Shown: positions 1-8,667 of the stretch, piece after piece | How positions within the stretch are numbered: the stretch's first letter is position 1 | How the letters are laid out: every line of letters starts with the position of its first letter | Notes under the pieces: model-generated | Told to the model about the DNA's origin: nothing | Databases searched by the model: none | The model's input: only the letters and a program-made list of their open reading frames with translations | From: Actinomycetota bacterium | GTDB taxonomy: Bacteria; Actinomycetota; UBA4738; HRBIN12 | Assembly (NCBI GenBank): GCA_035250725.1 | Contig: DATFEU010000323.1 | Span: forward strand, 1-30,597 | Length of the DNA stretch: 30,597 nucleotides | Reading direction: 5' to 3' | Translations under genes and position numbers: made by a program

Positions 1-449
1 TGTCGATGAACGTTCTGACGATCGCGGTGTCGCGCCGGTCGACGAAGTCCTGGCCCTCGCACGCCATGAGCAACGCCCGGAGCTCGGCGTCGGGTCAGGA
101 CGTGGGGCGGGTCCTCGGGGATCGACGGCGACCGCATCTGCTCCATCGGGCTCGCGGTGATCTCGCCCTCGTCGAGCATCCACTTTGAACATCTGCTGCA
201 GTGACCTGAACGAGACGCCGACCGGTCGCCGGACGGAACCGGGAGTCCAGGTTCCGAACGACTCGACGTGCTCGCGGCGGATCGAGTCGACAGTCGTCGG
301 CATCCCCTTGCGGACAAGGGAGTCCGACAACTGCTCGGCTTCGGTATAGGACTGGATCTTCGCGGCGAACGTCGTGCTGCTCGTAGGGACCGCTGCCAAG
401 AAGGGAGCAGGACGCGGATGTCGATGTGGACGTCGGTCCGGGTGCTCAC
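1..449 (-). pseudogene. Tyrosine recombinase/integrase (XerC-like), 5' part, frameshifted; runs off the window start
   Basis: Manual minus-strand translation from GTG at 449, joining five frame segments: MSTRTDVHIDIRVLLPSWQRSLRAARRSP/KIQSYTEAEQLSDSLVRKGMPTTVDSIRREHVESF/LDSRFRPAT/VGVSFRSLQQMF/KWMLDEGEITASPMEQMRSPSIPEDPPHVLT/DAELRALLMACEGQDFVDRRDTAIVRTFIDT. This reads as an integrase core-binding domain leading into the RD-A-I---F-DTG-R catalytic box. Frame breaks at ~361, ~251-255, 223, 186 and 92. Confidence 0.8.
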
Positions 450-727
450 GACCGAGGTTGGCTCCAGGGCCAGGAGGGGACCCAATAGTTGTCCGGCCCG
501 CTGACCTCTGTCAGAGCGAACGCGTCCCCCTATCGACTGCTGACCGCTTCGAAGGCGTCCCAACCCTGACCATCCCCCTCGCTTCTGCCCCGGCGTTTAC
601 GACGATCACGTCGCCCAGATCGGGGGTTCGGTAGCGTTCCCAACCTTCACGTCCTTGCGCTTCACGCTCGGCCTTATGCGCTGTGCAGGCGGTGTACGTC
701 AACTATCGAGGGCGTTTCCCCTGCTAG
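1..727. mobile_element. Probable end of an integrative element or genomic island at the 3' end of tRNA-Pro
   Basis: Integrase remnant starts ~280 bp downstream of the tRNA 3' end in the same orientation. Two 60-bp blocks counted in 481-720 gave 60-63% GC, against 67-78% in two core-gene blocks. The second att copy is not in the window. Confidence 0.55.
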
Positions 728-802
728 TCGGGCCGGCCGGATTCGAACCGGCGACCTTCTGACCCCCAGTCAGACGCGCTAACCAAGCTGCGCCACGGCC
801 CG
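728..802 (-). tRNA. tRNA-Pro (anticodon GGG); CCA not encoded (CTA follows the discriminator)
   Basis: Reverse complement CGGGCCGTGGCGCAGCTTGGTTAGCGCGTCTGACTGGGGGTCAGAAGGTCGCCGGTTCGAATCCGGCCGGCCCGA folds as a cloverleaf: anticodon arm TCTGA-CTGGGGG-TCAGA, T-loop GGTTCGAATCC. Confidence 0.97.
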
Positions 803-827
803 CTCGGACCGATGCTACCCGAACGCG

Positions 828-2111
828 TCACGCCCGCCTCCCCTTCCGGAAGCGCAGGCGGATCGGAACGCCGTCGAGCCTGAACGTCCGCCGCAGCCGA
901 CCCTCGAGGAAACGTTGATACGAGGCCACCGGAGCCTCGCCGCCGAACAGCACGAAGCGCGGGGGGGCGGCCGCAACCTGGGTGGCGTACTTGTACCGAA
1001 CCCCGCCCGGTGCCGATCGTTGGGACTGTGCCGCCTGGATGACCTCGTTCACCGGAGCCGTCGGGTGTCGCTCGGACCATCGCTCGTGCACCGCCGCGAG
1101 CGTCGCCGGGAGCCGATGCACGCCGGTAGCGCTGGCCGCCGAGGTTCGCAGGACCGGAGCCTTCGCGTACGGCTCCAGCAGCTCGGTGAGCTCGCGGAAG
1201 GCCCGGTCACGCTCCTCGATGAGGTCCCACTTGTTGGCGATCACCACGAGACCGCGGCCGAACTCCAACACCCGGGCGGCGATCCGCTTGTCCTCACCCG
1301 CGAACCCCTCGGACGCGTCGAGCACGAGGAGCGCGACGTGTGCGCGCTCGATCGCCCGCTCGGCGCGCAGGAAGCTGTAGTACTCGACGCCCCTCACCCT
1401 GGTCGGCCGCCGGAACCCGGCCGTGTCGACGAACCGAACCTGGAGCCCGGACCACGTCACCAGCGCGTCGACCGAGTCCCGGGTGGTGCCGGCCTCCTCG
1501 AAGACGACGGAGCGCTCCTCGCCGACGAGCCTGTTGAACAGGCTGGACTTGCCGACGTTCGGCCGGCCCACGATCGCGAACCGAGGCTCCGACGCTTCCT
1601 CGGCGACCTCCTCGTCCTCGGGCAGCACGGCGACGACGCGGTCGAGTAGGTCGCCCGATCCCCGGCCGTGCAACGCCGACACGCCCATCGGGTCTCCCAA
1701 CCCGAGCGCATGGAACGACGCGACCTCGCTCTCGTCGGCGTCGGAGTCGATCTTGTTCACGACGACGAGCACCGGGACCTCGGCGCGCCGGAGCCGACGC
1801 GCGAGCATGGCGTCCTCCTCCACGAGCCCGGTCCGGCCGTCCACGACGAGCAGGACGACGTCGGCGGCGTCGGCCGCCCGCTCGGCCTGGAGCGAGACGA
1901 GCTCCTCGATGCCGCTCGCGCCGTGCCGGTACCCCCCGGTATCCACGAGCCGGAACGTTCGGCCACGCCAGGTCGCCTCGAGCTCGACGCGATCGCGCGT
2001 GACGCCGGGCATCTCGTCGGCGATCGCTTCGCGCCGCCCGAACATGCGGTTCACGAGGGTCGACTTCCCGACGTTCTGTCGCCCGACGACCGCCACGGCA
2101 GGCTTCGTCAC
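828..2111 (-). CDS. der: Ribosome biogenesis GTPase Der (EngA), 427 aa
   Basis: Two tandem G domains (GRQNVGKS/DTGG/NKID and GRPNVGKSS/DTAG/NKWD) and a C-terminal KH-like domain. Confidence 0.96.
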   Translation of the reverse strand: MTKPAVAVVGRQNVGKSTLVNRMFGRREAIADEMPGVTRDRVELEATWRGRTFRLVDTGGYRHGASGIEELVSLQAERAADAADVVLLVVDGRTGLVEEDAMLARRLRRAEVPVLVVVNKIDSDADESEVASFHALGLGDPMGVSALHGRGSGDLLDRVVAVLPEDEEVAEEASEPRFAIVGRPNVGKSSLFNRLVGEERSVVFEEAGTTRDSVDALVTWSGLQVRFVDTAGFRRPTRVRGVEYYSFLRAERAIERAHVALLVLDASEGFAGEDKRIAARVLEFGRGLVVIANKWDLIEERDRAFRELTELLEPYAKAPVLRTSAASATGVHRLPATLAAVHERWSERHPTAPVNEVIQAAQSQRSAPGGVRYKYATQVAAAPPRFVLFGGEAPVASYQRFLEGRLRRTFRLDGVPIRLRFRKGRRA

Positions 2112-2758
2112 GCCGAGATCCCCCGCCGGCGGATGAGCTCGAGCGCGCGCCGCGCCACCTCGCCCGGACCCAGCCCGGTCGTGTCGAGGACCACGGCATC
2201 GGGGGCCGGTTCGAGCGGGTTCGTACGCGCGTCGAGCTCGTCACGCGTCCCGAGGGCCTCGGCGATCCTCGTCGGCTCGTCCTCCCGCTCGAGCGCCCGG
2301 CGGTCTGCGCGCTCCTCCGGGTGCGCCTCGAGGAACAGCTTGAGCGGCGCGTCCGGCGCCACCACCGTGCCGATGTCGCGGCCCTCCATCACGGCCCCGT
2401 CGCCGGCCAGCCGCCGCTGCTCGGTCCGGAGCACCTCCCGAACCTCCGGGTGACGGGCAACCGCCGAGACGCTCGACTCGACCTCCGGAGACGTGAGCGA
2501 AGCGTCGGGGGGCGCACCCTCGATCGTGAGCTGGGGCGGCCGAAGGCTCCGGTCGAGCTCGAACCTCATCTCGCGGGCGAGCCGCTCGAGCGCGTGTGCG
2601 TCGTCCGGAGAGACGCCGGCGCGCTGCGCCCGCAGCGCGAGCGCGCGGTACATCAGGCCGGTGTTCACATAGGGCAGTCCGAGCTCGAGGGCCAGGGAGC
2701 GCGCGAGCGTGCTCTTCCCCGAGCCGGCCGCCCCGTCGATCGTGATCACGGGGGCCAT
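2108..2758 (-). CDS. cmk: Cytidylate kinase, 216 aa
   Basis: VITIDGAAGSGKST P-loop, NTGLMYRA, VMEGRDIGTVVAPDA, RDELD motifs; GTGA overlap with der. Confidence 0.96.
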   Translation of the reverse strand: MAPVITIDGAAGSGKSTLARSLALELGLPYVNTGLMYRALALRAQRAGVSPDDAHALERLAREMRFELDRSLRPPQLTIEGAPPDASLTSPEVESSVSAVARHPEVREVLRTEQRRLAGDGAVMEGRDIGTVVAPDAPLKLFLEAHPEERADRRALEREDEPTRIAEALGTRDELDARTNPLEPAPDAVVLDTTGLGPGEVARRALELIRRRGISA

Positions 2759-4120
2759 CTAGCGCTCCACCCGTGCGCCGAGCGATCGGAGCGCGTCGAC
2801 GAAGCCGGGGAACGACACGTCGGCGGCCTCGATGCCGGCGATCGTCGTGGGTTCCCGGGCGGCGAGCGCCGCGGCGGCGACCGCCATCACGATGCGATGG
2901 TCGGTGCTCGCGGGGGCCTCGCCGCCGCGAAGGCCGCCGCCGCCCACGACGAGTTCGTCGCCCTCGACCGCGACATCACCGCCGAGCGCTCGGATCACGT
3001 CCGCCAGTGCACCCAGCCGGTCGCTCTCCTTCACCTTCAGCTCCCCCGCTCCGGCGAACCGAGTCACGCCTCGGGCGTGCGTGGCGGCGAGCGCGAGCAT
3101 CGGCACCTCGTCGATCACGAGCGGCAGCTCGTCGGGCTCGACCGTGGTCCCGACGAGCTCGTGGCCCGATCCGACCGAAAGCGATCCGACCGGCTCGCCG
3201 AGCTCCTCGCGATGCGCGGAGGCACGGACGTCGGCCCCCATCCGTCCGAGCACCTCGATGAAGCGGGCCCGCGTGGGGTTCAGGCCGACCTCGTTGATCT
3301 CGAGCGCCGAGCCGGTGAGGACGGCCGCCGCGACCAGGAAGGCCGCCGACGACAGGTCGCCGGGTACCGACGCCGAGAGCGCGCCGTGCTGGAACGCCCG
3401 CACCGTGGTGCGGCCCGGCTGGAACTCGATCGGGGCGCCGAGGTGCGCGAGCGCGCGCTCGGTGTGATCCCTCGTGGGCGCGGGCTCGAGAACGGTCGTC
3501 GCCCCGGATGCCGCGAGGCCGGCGAGGAGCACGGCGCTCTTCACCTGAGCGCTTGGCACCGGGACGCGGTGCTCGATCCCCCGGAGCGCGGCACCACGCA
3601 CGACCACCGGCGCGTGACCGTCCGTCGTCCGAACCTCCGCGCCCATCGCGCGTAGGGGCTCGGCGACCCGCTCCATCGGTCGCCGCGAGAGGCTCTCGTC
3701 GCCCACCAGCTCGGACGCGAAAGGTAGCCCGGCGAGCACGCCTGCCAGCAGCCGCATCGTCGTGCCGGAGTTCGCGCAGTCCAGGGGAACCCCGGGGGCC
3801 TCGAGCGCCGCTCGACCGTGCGCCTCGAGCACGAGGTCGAGCCCTCGAGGTCGAGGGTCGTTCGTCGTGGAACGGTCACGCTCTTCCTCGGGCGCGGGCC
3901 TGGAGGCCCAACCGTCGAGTGCACCTCGAGCCTGTCGCGGGGCCAGCTCCGCGAGACAGCGCCCCGTCGCCCTCACGTCGAGCGCCGCCGGGACCCCTCG
4001 GAGCTTACTGCGGCCGTCGGCGGTCGCCGCCAGCAGCAGCCAGCGGTGGGCGATCGACTTGTCGCCGGGGACGTGCGCCGTGCCTCCGACGAACCCCCCC
4101 GGGTGGACGACGGCGCGCAT
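2759..4120 (-). CDS. aroA: 3-phosphoshikimate 1-carboxyvinyltransferase (EPSP synthase), 453 aa
   Basis: Start moved to ATG at 4120 (MRAVVHPGG), which overlaps the tyrA stop. Motifs PGDKSIAHR, NSGTTMRL, SAQVKS, RDHTE, NPTR, KESDR, DHRI. Confidence 0.95.
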   Translation of the reverse strand: MRAVVHPGGFVGGTAHVPGDKSIAHRWLLLAATADGRSKLRGVPAALDVRATGRCLAELAPRQARGALDGWASRPAPEEERDRSTTNDPRPRGLDLVLEAHGRAALEAPGVPLDCANSGTTMRLLAGVLAGLPFASELVGDESLSRRPMERVAEPLRAMGAEVRTTDGHAPVVVRGAALRGIEHRVPVPSAQVKSAVLLAGLAASGATTVLEPAPTRDHTERALAHLGAPIEFQPGRTTVRAFQHGALSASVPGDLSSAAFLVAAAVLTGSALEINEVGLNPTRARFIEVLGRMGADVRASAHREELGEPVGSLSVGSGHELVGTTVEPDELPLVIDEVPMLALAATHARGVTRFAGAGELKVKESDRLGALADVIRALGGDVAVEGDELVVGGGGLRGGEAPASTDHRIVMAVAAAALAAREPTTIAGIEAADVSFPGFVDALRSLGARVER

Positions 4121-5208
4121 CACGCGAGCCGGATCGGCTCGAACCAGTGGTCCCGCAGGGCACGTTCGGCATCGGCAGCGGCGGCGGCAGCCACCGTCAT
4201 GTGGACGGTGCCCCGCCCCCCCTCCGGCGAGTGCACGATCTGGAGGTCCTCGATGTTCACGCCGGCCTCGCTCATCGCCGCCGTGACCTCGGCGAGCACG
4301 CCCGGGCGGTCCGGGACGGGAACCTGGAGCACCGCCACCCCGGCCTTCACCTGCGGCTTGGCCGCCAGCGACAGGCGCGCGTCCTTCGCCTCGCCGAACG
4401 CCCGCTCGACCTCCCCCGCGTCGCCCGCCTCGACCATCTCGCGGAGCCGTGTGAGCCGTTCGACGTACAGGGAGATCGCCCGGCCGATCGCGTCGCCGTT
4501 CGCGACAAGGATGTCGCTCCAGAGGTGCGGGCTCGACGCCGCGAGCCGGGTGAGGTCGCGGAACCCGCCGGCGGCGAGCAGCAGGAGCTCGGGCTCCCCC
4601 GCCTCCTCGGTCGCCGCGAGCCCCATGAGCGCCGTCGACGCCACCTGGGGGAGGTGGCTCACCATCGCCACGAGCCGGTCGTGTCGCTCGGCGTCCAGGC
4701 GGACGGGCCGAGCGCCGAGCTTGGCGACGAACGCCTCCACGCGCTCGAGCGCCTTCGGCTCTGCCCGCGCGTCGAGCGCCCAGACGATGCCGTCGAGGAC
4801 GGAGGCCGAGGCGTGGTCGGGCCCCGAGCGTTCCGACCCGCCCATCGGGTGACCGCCGACGTACCGGGACAGGTCGTCGGAGCCGGCCGCCCGGCGGACC
4901 TCGGACATTACATGCGATTTCACGCTGGCGACGTCGGTCACGACCGGCTCCGGCGCGAGTCGAAGCGTCTCGCCGACTACGCCCGGCACGGAGGGGATCG
5001 GGGTGCTCACCACGACGACGGTCGCCCCCGCGACGCACTCCGTGAGCGAAGGAGCCGGCGCCAGGCCGCTGCGCTCGGCCGCGACCGCGAGCGCGTCCGC
5101 GTCGGTGTCGAACCCGCGGACGACGTCGCCGACTCGCGCGGCGGCCATCGCGATCGAGGTCCCGATCAACCCGGTGCCGACGACGGCGACCCGGTCAGCC
5201 GAGGTCAT
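4120..5208 (-). CDS. tyrA: Prephenate/arogenate dehydrogenase with C-terminal ACT domain, 362 aa
   Basis: GTGLIG Rossmann motif, TDVASVK, GGHPMGGSE, HDRLVAMVSHLPQ, GGFRDLTRLA; C-terminal VPDRPGVLA...VNIEDLQI ACT domain. Confidence 0.93.
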   Translation of the reverse strand: MTSADRVAVVGTGLIGTSIAMAAARVGDVVRGFDTDADALAVAAERSGLAPAPSLTECVAGATVVVVSTPIPSVPGVVGETLRLAPEPVVTDVASVKSHVMSEVRRAAGSDDLSRYVGGHPMGGSERSGPDHASASVLDGIVWALDARAEPKALERVEAFVAKLGARPVRLDAERHDRLVAMVSHLPQVASTALMGLAATEEAGEPELLLLAAGGFRDLTRLAASSPHLWSDILVANGDAIGRAISLYVERLTRLREMVEAGDAGEVERAFGEAKDARLSLAAKPQVKAGVAVLQVPVPDRPGVLAEVTAAMSEAGVNIEDLQIVHSPEGGRGTVHMTVAAAAAADAERALRDHWFEPIRLA

Positions 5209-5554
5209 CGCGCAGCGTCTCCGCGCCGTCCAGATACACGTGCACGACGTCCTGGGGAGCCCGCTCGGTGTGGAAGTGCACGAGGACGCGGACGACCCGC
5301 GTCATCGAGCCCTCGACGGGGATCTCCAGCGCGCACAGCAGCGGGAGGCGTCCGAGACCCATCCGGCGCGCCGCCTCGGCCGGGAACGCCGAGCGCAGGT
5401 CCTCCGTGACCGTGAAGAACGCGCTCACGAGGTCGTCGTGCCCGATCTCGTTGCGCTGCAAGATCGCCTCGAGCAGTCGCTCGGTGGATCCCAGCACGGA
5501 CCCGGCCGTGTCCTCGCTCACGCGGATCGCGCCGCGCACCGCCCGAACCGTCAT
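5195..5554 (-). CDS. aroH: Chorismate mutase, AroH class, 119 aa
   Basis: VRAVRGAI, FFTVTEDL..AFPAEAAR, LLCALEIPVEGSM.RVVRVLVH, HVYL.GA..LR.DL. Confidence 0.93.
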   Translation of the reverse strand: MTVRAVRGAIRVSEDTAGSVLGSTERLLEAILQRNEIGHDDLVSAFFTVTEDLRSAFPAEAARRMGLGRLPLLCALEIPVEGSMTRVVRVLVHFHTERAPQDVVHVYLDGAETLRDDLG

Positions 5555-5574
5555 CCCGGCGAAAGGCTATACGG

Positions 5575-6294
5575 CTAGAGCCCGGCGGCGCGGTAGAGCG
5601 CGCGGACGTCGTCCGGCTCGAGGTCCCGGACCTCCCCGGGCTTCAGCTGCCCGAGCCGGATCGGCCCCACGCGCACCCGGACGAGCCGGCGAACGGGCAG
5701 TTCCACCGCCTCCAGCATCCGGCGGACCTCGCGCTTGCGTCCCTCCACCATCACCAGACGCAGGCCGGCGCGCCCGCGCGATCCCCCCGCTGGCCGAACC
5801 TCCACCGCGCGAGCCACACCGTCGGACAGTTCGACCCCGCGCCGCAGCCGGGAGAGGCGACGATTGGACGGGGCGCCGTCCACCTCCGCCAGGTACTCCT
5901 TCTCGACGCCGTAGCGCGGATGGGTCAGCCGGTGCGCCAGGTCGCCGTCGTTCATGAGCAGCAGGAGGCCCTCGGTGTCCCGGTCGAGTCGGCCGACCGG
6001 GAACACCCGGGGCCCCGACGGGATGAGCCGTGTGAGGTCGCGGGCGGCGTGTGGATCCTTCATCGTGGTCGTCACCCCGCGCGGCTTGTTCAGGGCGAGA
6101 TAGCGAAGGCCAGGGTCCACGCTGATCCGCCGGCCGTCGACGCGGACCTCGTCGCTTGCGGGATCGACCCGGTCGCCGAGCGTCGCCGTCTTCCCGTTGA
6201 CCTGGACCCGCCCGCCCGAGATCAGGTCCTCGGACGACCGACGAGAGCCGAGCCCCGCCCTGGCTAGGGAGCGCTGCAGCCGCTCGACCGGCAC
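5575..6294 (-). CDS. rluB: rRNA pseudouridine synthase, RsuA/RluB family, 239 aa
   Basis: N-terminal S4 domain (ERLQRSLARAGLGSRR), LNKPRGV, catalytic PVGRLDRDTEGLLLL, EGRKREVRRM; lies next to scpB. Confidence 0.9.
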   Translation of the reverse strand: MPVERLQRSLARAGLGSRRSSEDLISGGRVQVNGKTATLGDRVDPASDEVRVDGRRISVDPGLRYLALNKPRGVTTTMKDPHAARDLTRLIPSGPRVFPVGRLDRDTEGLLLLMNDGDLAHRLTHPRYGVEKEYLAEVDGAPSNRRLSRLRRGVELSDGVARAVEVRPAGGSRGRAGLRLVMVEGRKREVRRMLEAVELPVRRLVRVRVGPIRLGQLKPGEVRDLEPDDVRALYRAAGL

Positions 6295-6300
6295 CGCGCG

Positions 6301-6840
6301 TCAGTCTTCCGCCGGCGCGTCCTCGGCGCTTCGCGAGAGCAGCGGCGCGAGCGAGGGGAGGTCCGAGAGCGAGGGCAGCCCGAGGCGCTCGAGGAACTCC
6401 GGCGTCGTGCCGTAGAGGACCGGCCGCCCCGGACCCTCCTCACGCCCGACCTCGGCGACGAACCCACGGTCGACGAGGGCCCGGAGCACGCCGTCCGAGT
6501 TCACCCCGCGCACACTCGAGATCTGGTGCCGCGTCACGGGCTGCTTGTACGCAACGATCGCGAGCGTCTCGAGCGCCGCCTTCGTCAGGCGCGTGTGCCG
6601 CGAGGCGAGCACGTACCGTTCGACGGCCTCGGCCGCGTCGGGATGGGTCGTGAGCCGCCAGCCGCCGGCGACGTTCCGGAGCGTGATCCCGGCGCCGCGT
6701 TCCTCGTACCCGTTCGCGAGCTCCTCGCACCACCGATCGACCTCCTGGCGCGACGCTCCGAGCGCCTGTGCGAGGGCGACCGAGCCCACCGGCTCGTCGG
6801 ATACGAACAGCAGCGCCTCGAGCTCGCGGGCCGAGCTCAT
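6301..6840 (-). CDS. scpB: SMC-Scp complex subunit ScpB, 179 aa
   Basis: LEALLFVS, LTKAALETLAIVAYKQPVTR, RGVNSD, GRPVLYGTT.EFL..LGL; GGAGG RBS upstream. Confidence 0.96.
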   Translation of the reverse strand: MSSARELEALLFVSDEPVGSVALAQALGASRQEVDRWCEELANGYEERGAGITLRNVAGGWRLTTHPDAAEAVERYVLASRHTRLTKAALETLAIVAYKQPVTRHQISSVRGVNSDGVLRALVDRGFVAEVGREEGPGRPVLYGTTPEFLERLGLPSLSDLPSLAPLLSRSAEDAPAED

Positions 6841-6862
6841 GGGATGGCCCTCCGAAACGAGC

Positions 6863-7639
6863 TCACGCGGCCTCCCCTTCCCATCGCACGTCGATCTCCC
6901 CGAACGTCTCGGCCTGCGCGAGATCTACCTTGCCCTCGCGATAGAGCTCGAGCAGCGCGAGGAACCGCACGACGATCTGGATCCGTTCGTCGCAGTCGGC
7001 GACGAGATCGCGGAAGCTCGCATGGCCGAGCCGGCCGAGATGGCCCCGCACGGCCTCGACCGCCTCGGCCATCGTGTAACGGATCGGCGTGACGTGGGAC
7101 AGGTCGAGCAGCGCGGGCGGGCGGAGGATCGCGGCGGCGATGCGCGCGACGTCCTCGGGCTGCACGGTCTCGAGGACGTCGGGGTATAGGTGCGCGAGCT
7201 CGGGCGGCGGACCCGCCTCACGCGGGAACCGGTGCGACTCCTCTTCCACCATGCGGCCGAGCTCGGCGGCGGCGATCCGGAACGCCGCCAGCTCGATCGA
7301 GCGCGCGTAGACGAGGTCCGGCGACACGCCGAGCAGGTCCTCCTCGTCCACGACCTCGTGGCGCGGCATCAGGCGGCCGACCTTGAGCTCGAGCAGGATC
7401 GTGCAGACCGCGAGGAACCACGTCGCCTCCTCGAGCGACCACTCCTCGGTCTGCCTGCCGTACGCGATGAACCGGTCCGTCACGGTCGCGATCGGAACGT
7501 CGCAGACGTCCACCTTCTGGTCCAGGATCAGGTCGGCGAGGACGTTGAACGGGCCGTTGAAGATCGGGAGCTCGACGGCGAACCCCGCATCGCCCTCGTC
7601 CGAGCGCTCGTCGGCCCCCCGCCCCGCCGGCGGCGTCAC
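6863..7639 (-). CDS. scpA: Segregation/condensation protein ScpA (kleisin), 258 aa
   Basis: N-terminal FNGPF..L..LI, C-terminal IVVRFLALLELYREG...QAETFGEI winged helix; directly upstream of scpB. Confidence 0.92.
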   Translation of the reverse strand: MTPPAGRGADERSDEGDAGFAVELPIFNGPFNVLADLILDQKVDVCDVPIATVTDRFIAYGRQTEEWSLEEATWFLAVCTILLELKVGRLMPRHEVVDEEDLLGVSPDLVYARSIELAAFRIAAAELGRMVEEESHRFPREAGPPPELAHLYPDVLETVQPEDVARIAAAILRPPALLDLSHVTPIRYTMAEAVEAVRGHLGRLGHASFRDLVADCDERIQIVVRFLALLELYREGKVDLAQAETFGEIDVRWEGEAA

Positions 7640-8667
7640 CGCGTCCCCGATCCCGGCCCGAGGCCCATCCGGTCGGCGGCCGTCTCGACCGTCTTCGACG
7701 CGATCGCCCGGGCCTTCGCGGCGCCGTCGCGCAGGACCGATTCCAGCTGCGACCCGTCGGGCCTGATCTCCTCGTACCGCTCCCGGATCGGCCCGAGGTA
7801 GGCGGCGACCGCCGCGCCGACCTCCTCCTTGAACCGCGCGTAGCCGGACCCGTCCGCGTACTCGGCCTCGACGGCCTCGGGCGTCATGCCGCGTGCCACC
7901 GCCATGACCTCGATCAGGTTCGAGACGCCGCGCTTGTCGGGCGCACGCCGGACCTCACGGCCCGAATCCGTGACGGCCGACTTGAACTTCTTCGCGACCG
8001 CCTCGGGCGGATCGAGGATGTACACGGTGCCCTGCTCGGACCCGCCGGTGGTCGACATCTTCTTGTCCGGATCCTGGAGATCGAGGATCCGCGCTCCCAC
8101 GTCGGGGATCCGATGTCGCGGCAGCGTGAACACCTCCCCGAACCGGGAGTTGAAGCGTTCGGCCACCGTGCGCGCGAGCTCGATGTGCTGCTTCTGGTCC
8201 TCGCCCACCGGGACCTCGTCCGTCTGGTACGCCAGGATGTCCGCCGCCTGCAGGACCGGATAGAAGAAGAGCCCCGAGGAGACGAACTCCTTCTGCTGCT
8301 CGGACTTCTCCTTGAACTGGTGCATCCGGCGGAGCTCGCCGAACGAGGTGGCGTTCGCGAGTAGCCAGCACAGGTACGGGTGCTCCCACACGTCGCTCTG
8401 GCGGAACAGGATGCATCGCGACGGGTCGAGCCCCGCGGCGATCAGGATCGCGACGGTGTCGCGGACCTGGCGGCGAAGGCCCGTCGGGTCGTGGTCGACG
8501 GTGAGCGCATGCAGGTCCACGAGGCAGTAGATGCTCTGCCCGCGGTCCTGCCCCTCGACGTACTGGCGGACCGCCCCGATGAGGTTGCCGAGGTGCTTGG
8601 CTCCCGTCGGCTGGATCCCCGAGAAGATCCGGACCTGCCCACCCGTGTCGGTCGCGGCGTCGCTCAC
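7636..8667 (-). CDS. trpS: Tryptophan--tRNA ligase, 343 aa
   Basis: FSGIQPTG..HLGN, VDLHA, YPVLQAADIL, VPVGEDQKQHIEL, KMSTT in place of KMSKS. Confidence 0.96.
   Translation of the reverse strand: MSDAATDTGGQVRIFSGIQPTGAKHLGNLIGAVRQYVEGQDRGQSIYCLVDLHALTVDHDPTGLRRQVRDTVAILIAAGLDPSRCILFRQSDVWEHPYLCWLLANATSFGELRRMHQFKEKSEQQKEFVSSGLFFYPVLQAADILAYQTDEVPVGEDQKQHIELARTVAERFNSRFGEVFTLPRHRIPDVGARILDLQDPDKKMSTTGGSEQGTVYILDPPEAVAKKFKSAVTDSGREVRRAPDKRGVSNLIEVMAVARGMTPEAVEAEYADGSGYARFKEEVGAAVAAYLGPIRERYEEIRPDGSQLESVLRDGAAKARAIASKTVETAADRMGLGPGSGTR

Noticed and set aside
2063-2086. Der G1 motif GRQNVGKS (Gln for Pro) and the ScpA FNGPF variant
   Set aside because: The changes affect variable positions; the catalytic GKS and the overall domains are intact.
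2759-5038. Apparent 759-aa AroA with a 306-aa N-terminal extension
   Set aside because: The extension is an off-frame read through tyrA; the real start is the ATG at 4120 overlapping the tyrA stop.
3508-5409. Long plus-strand ORFs antisense to core genes (e.g. 3508-5409, 10835-12271, 12623-14461, 15802-17424, 22129-24630, 23481-25715)
   Set aside because: They mirror well-identified minus-strand genes, are Arg/Pro/Gly/Ala-rich and show no motifs. This is the expected shadow of stop-poor high-GC codon usage.
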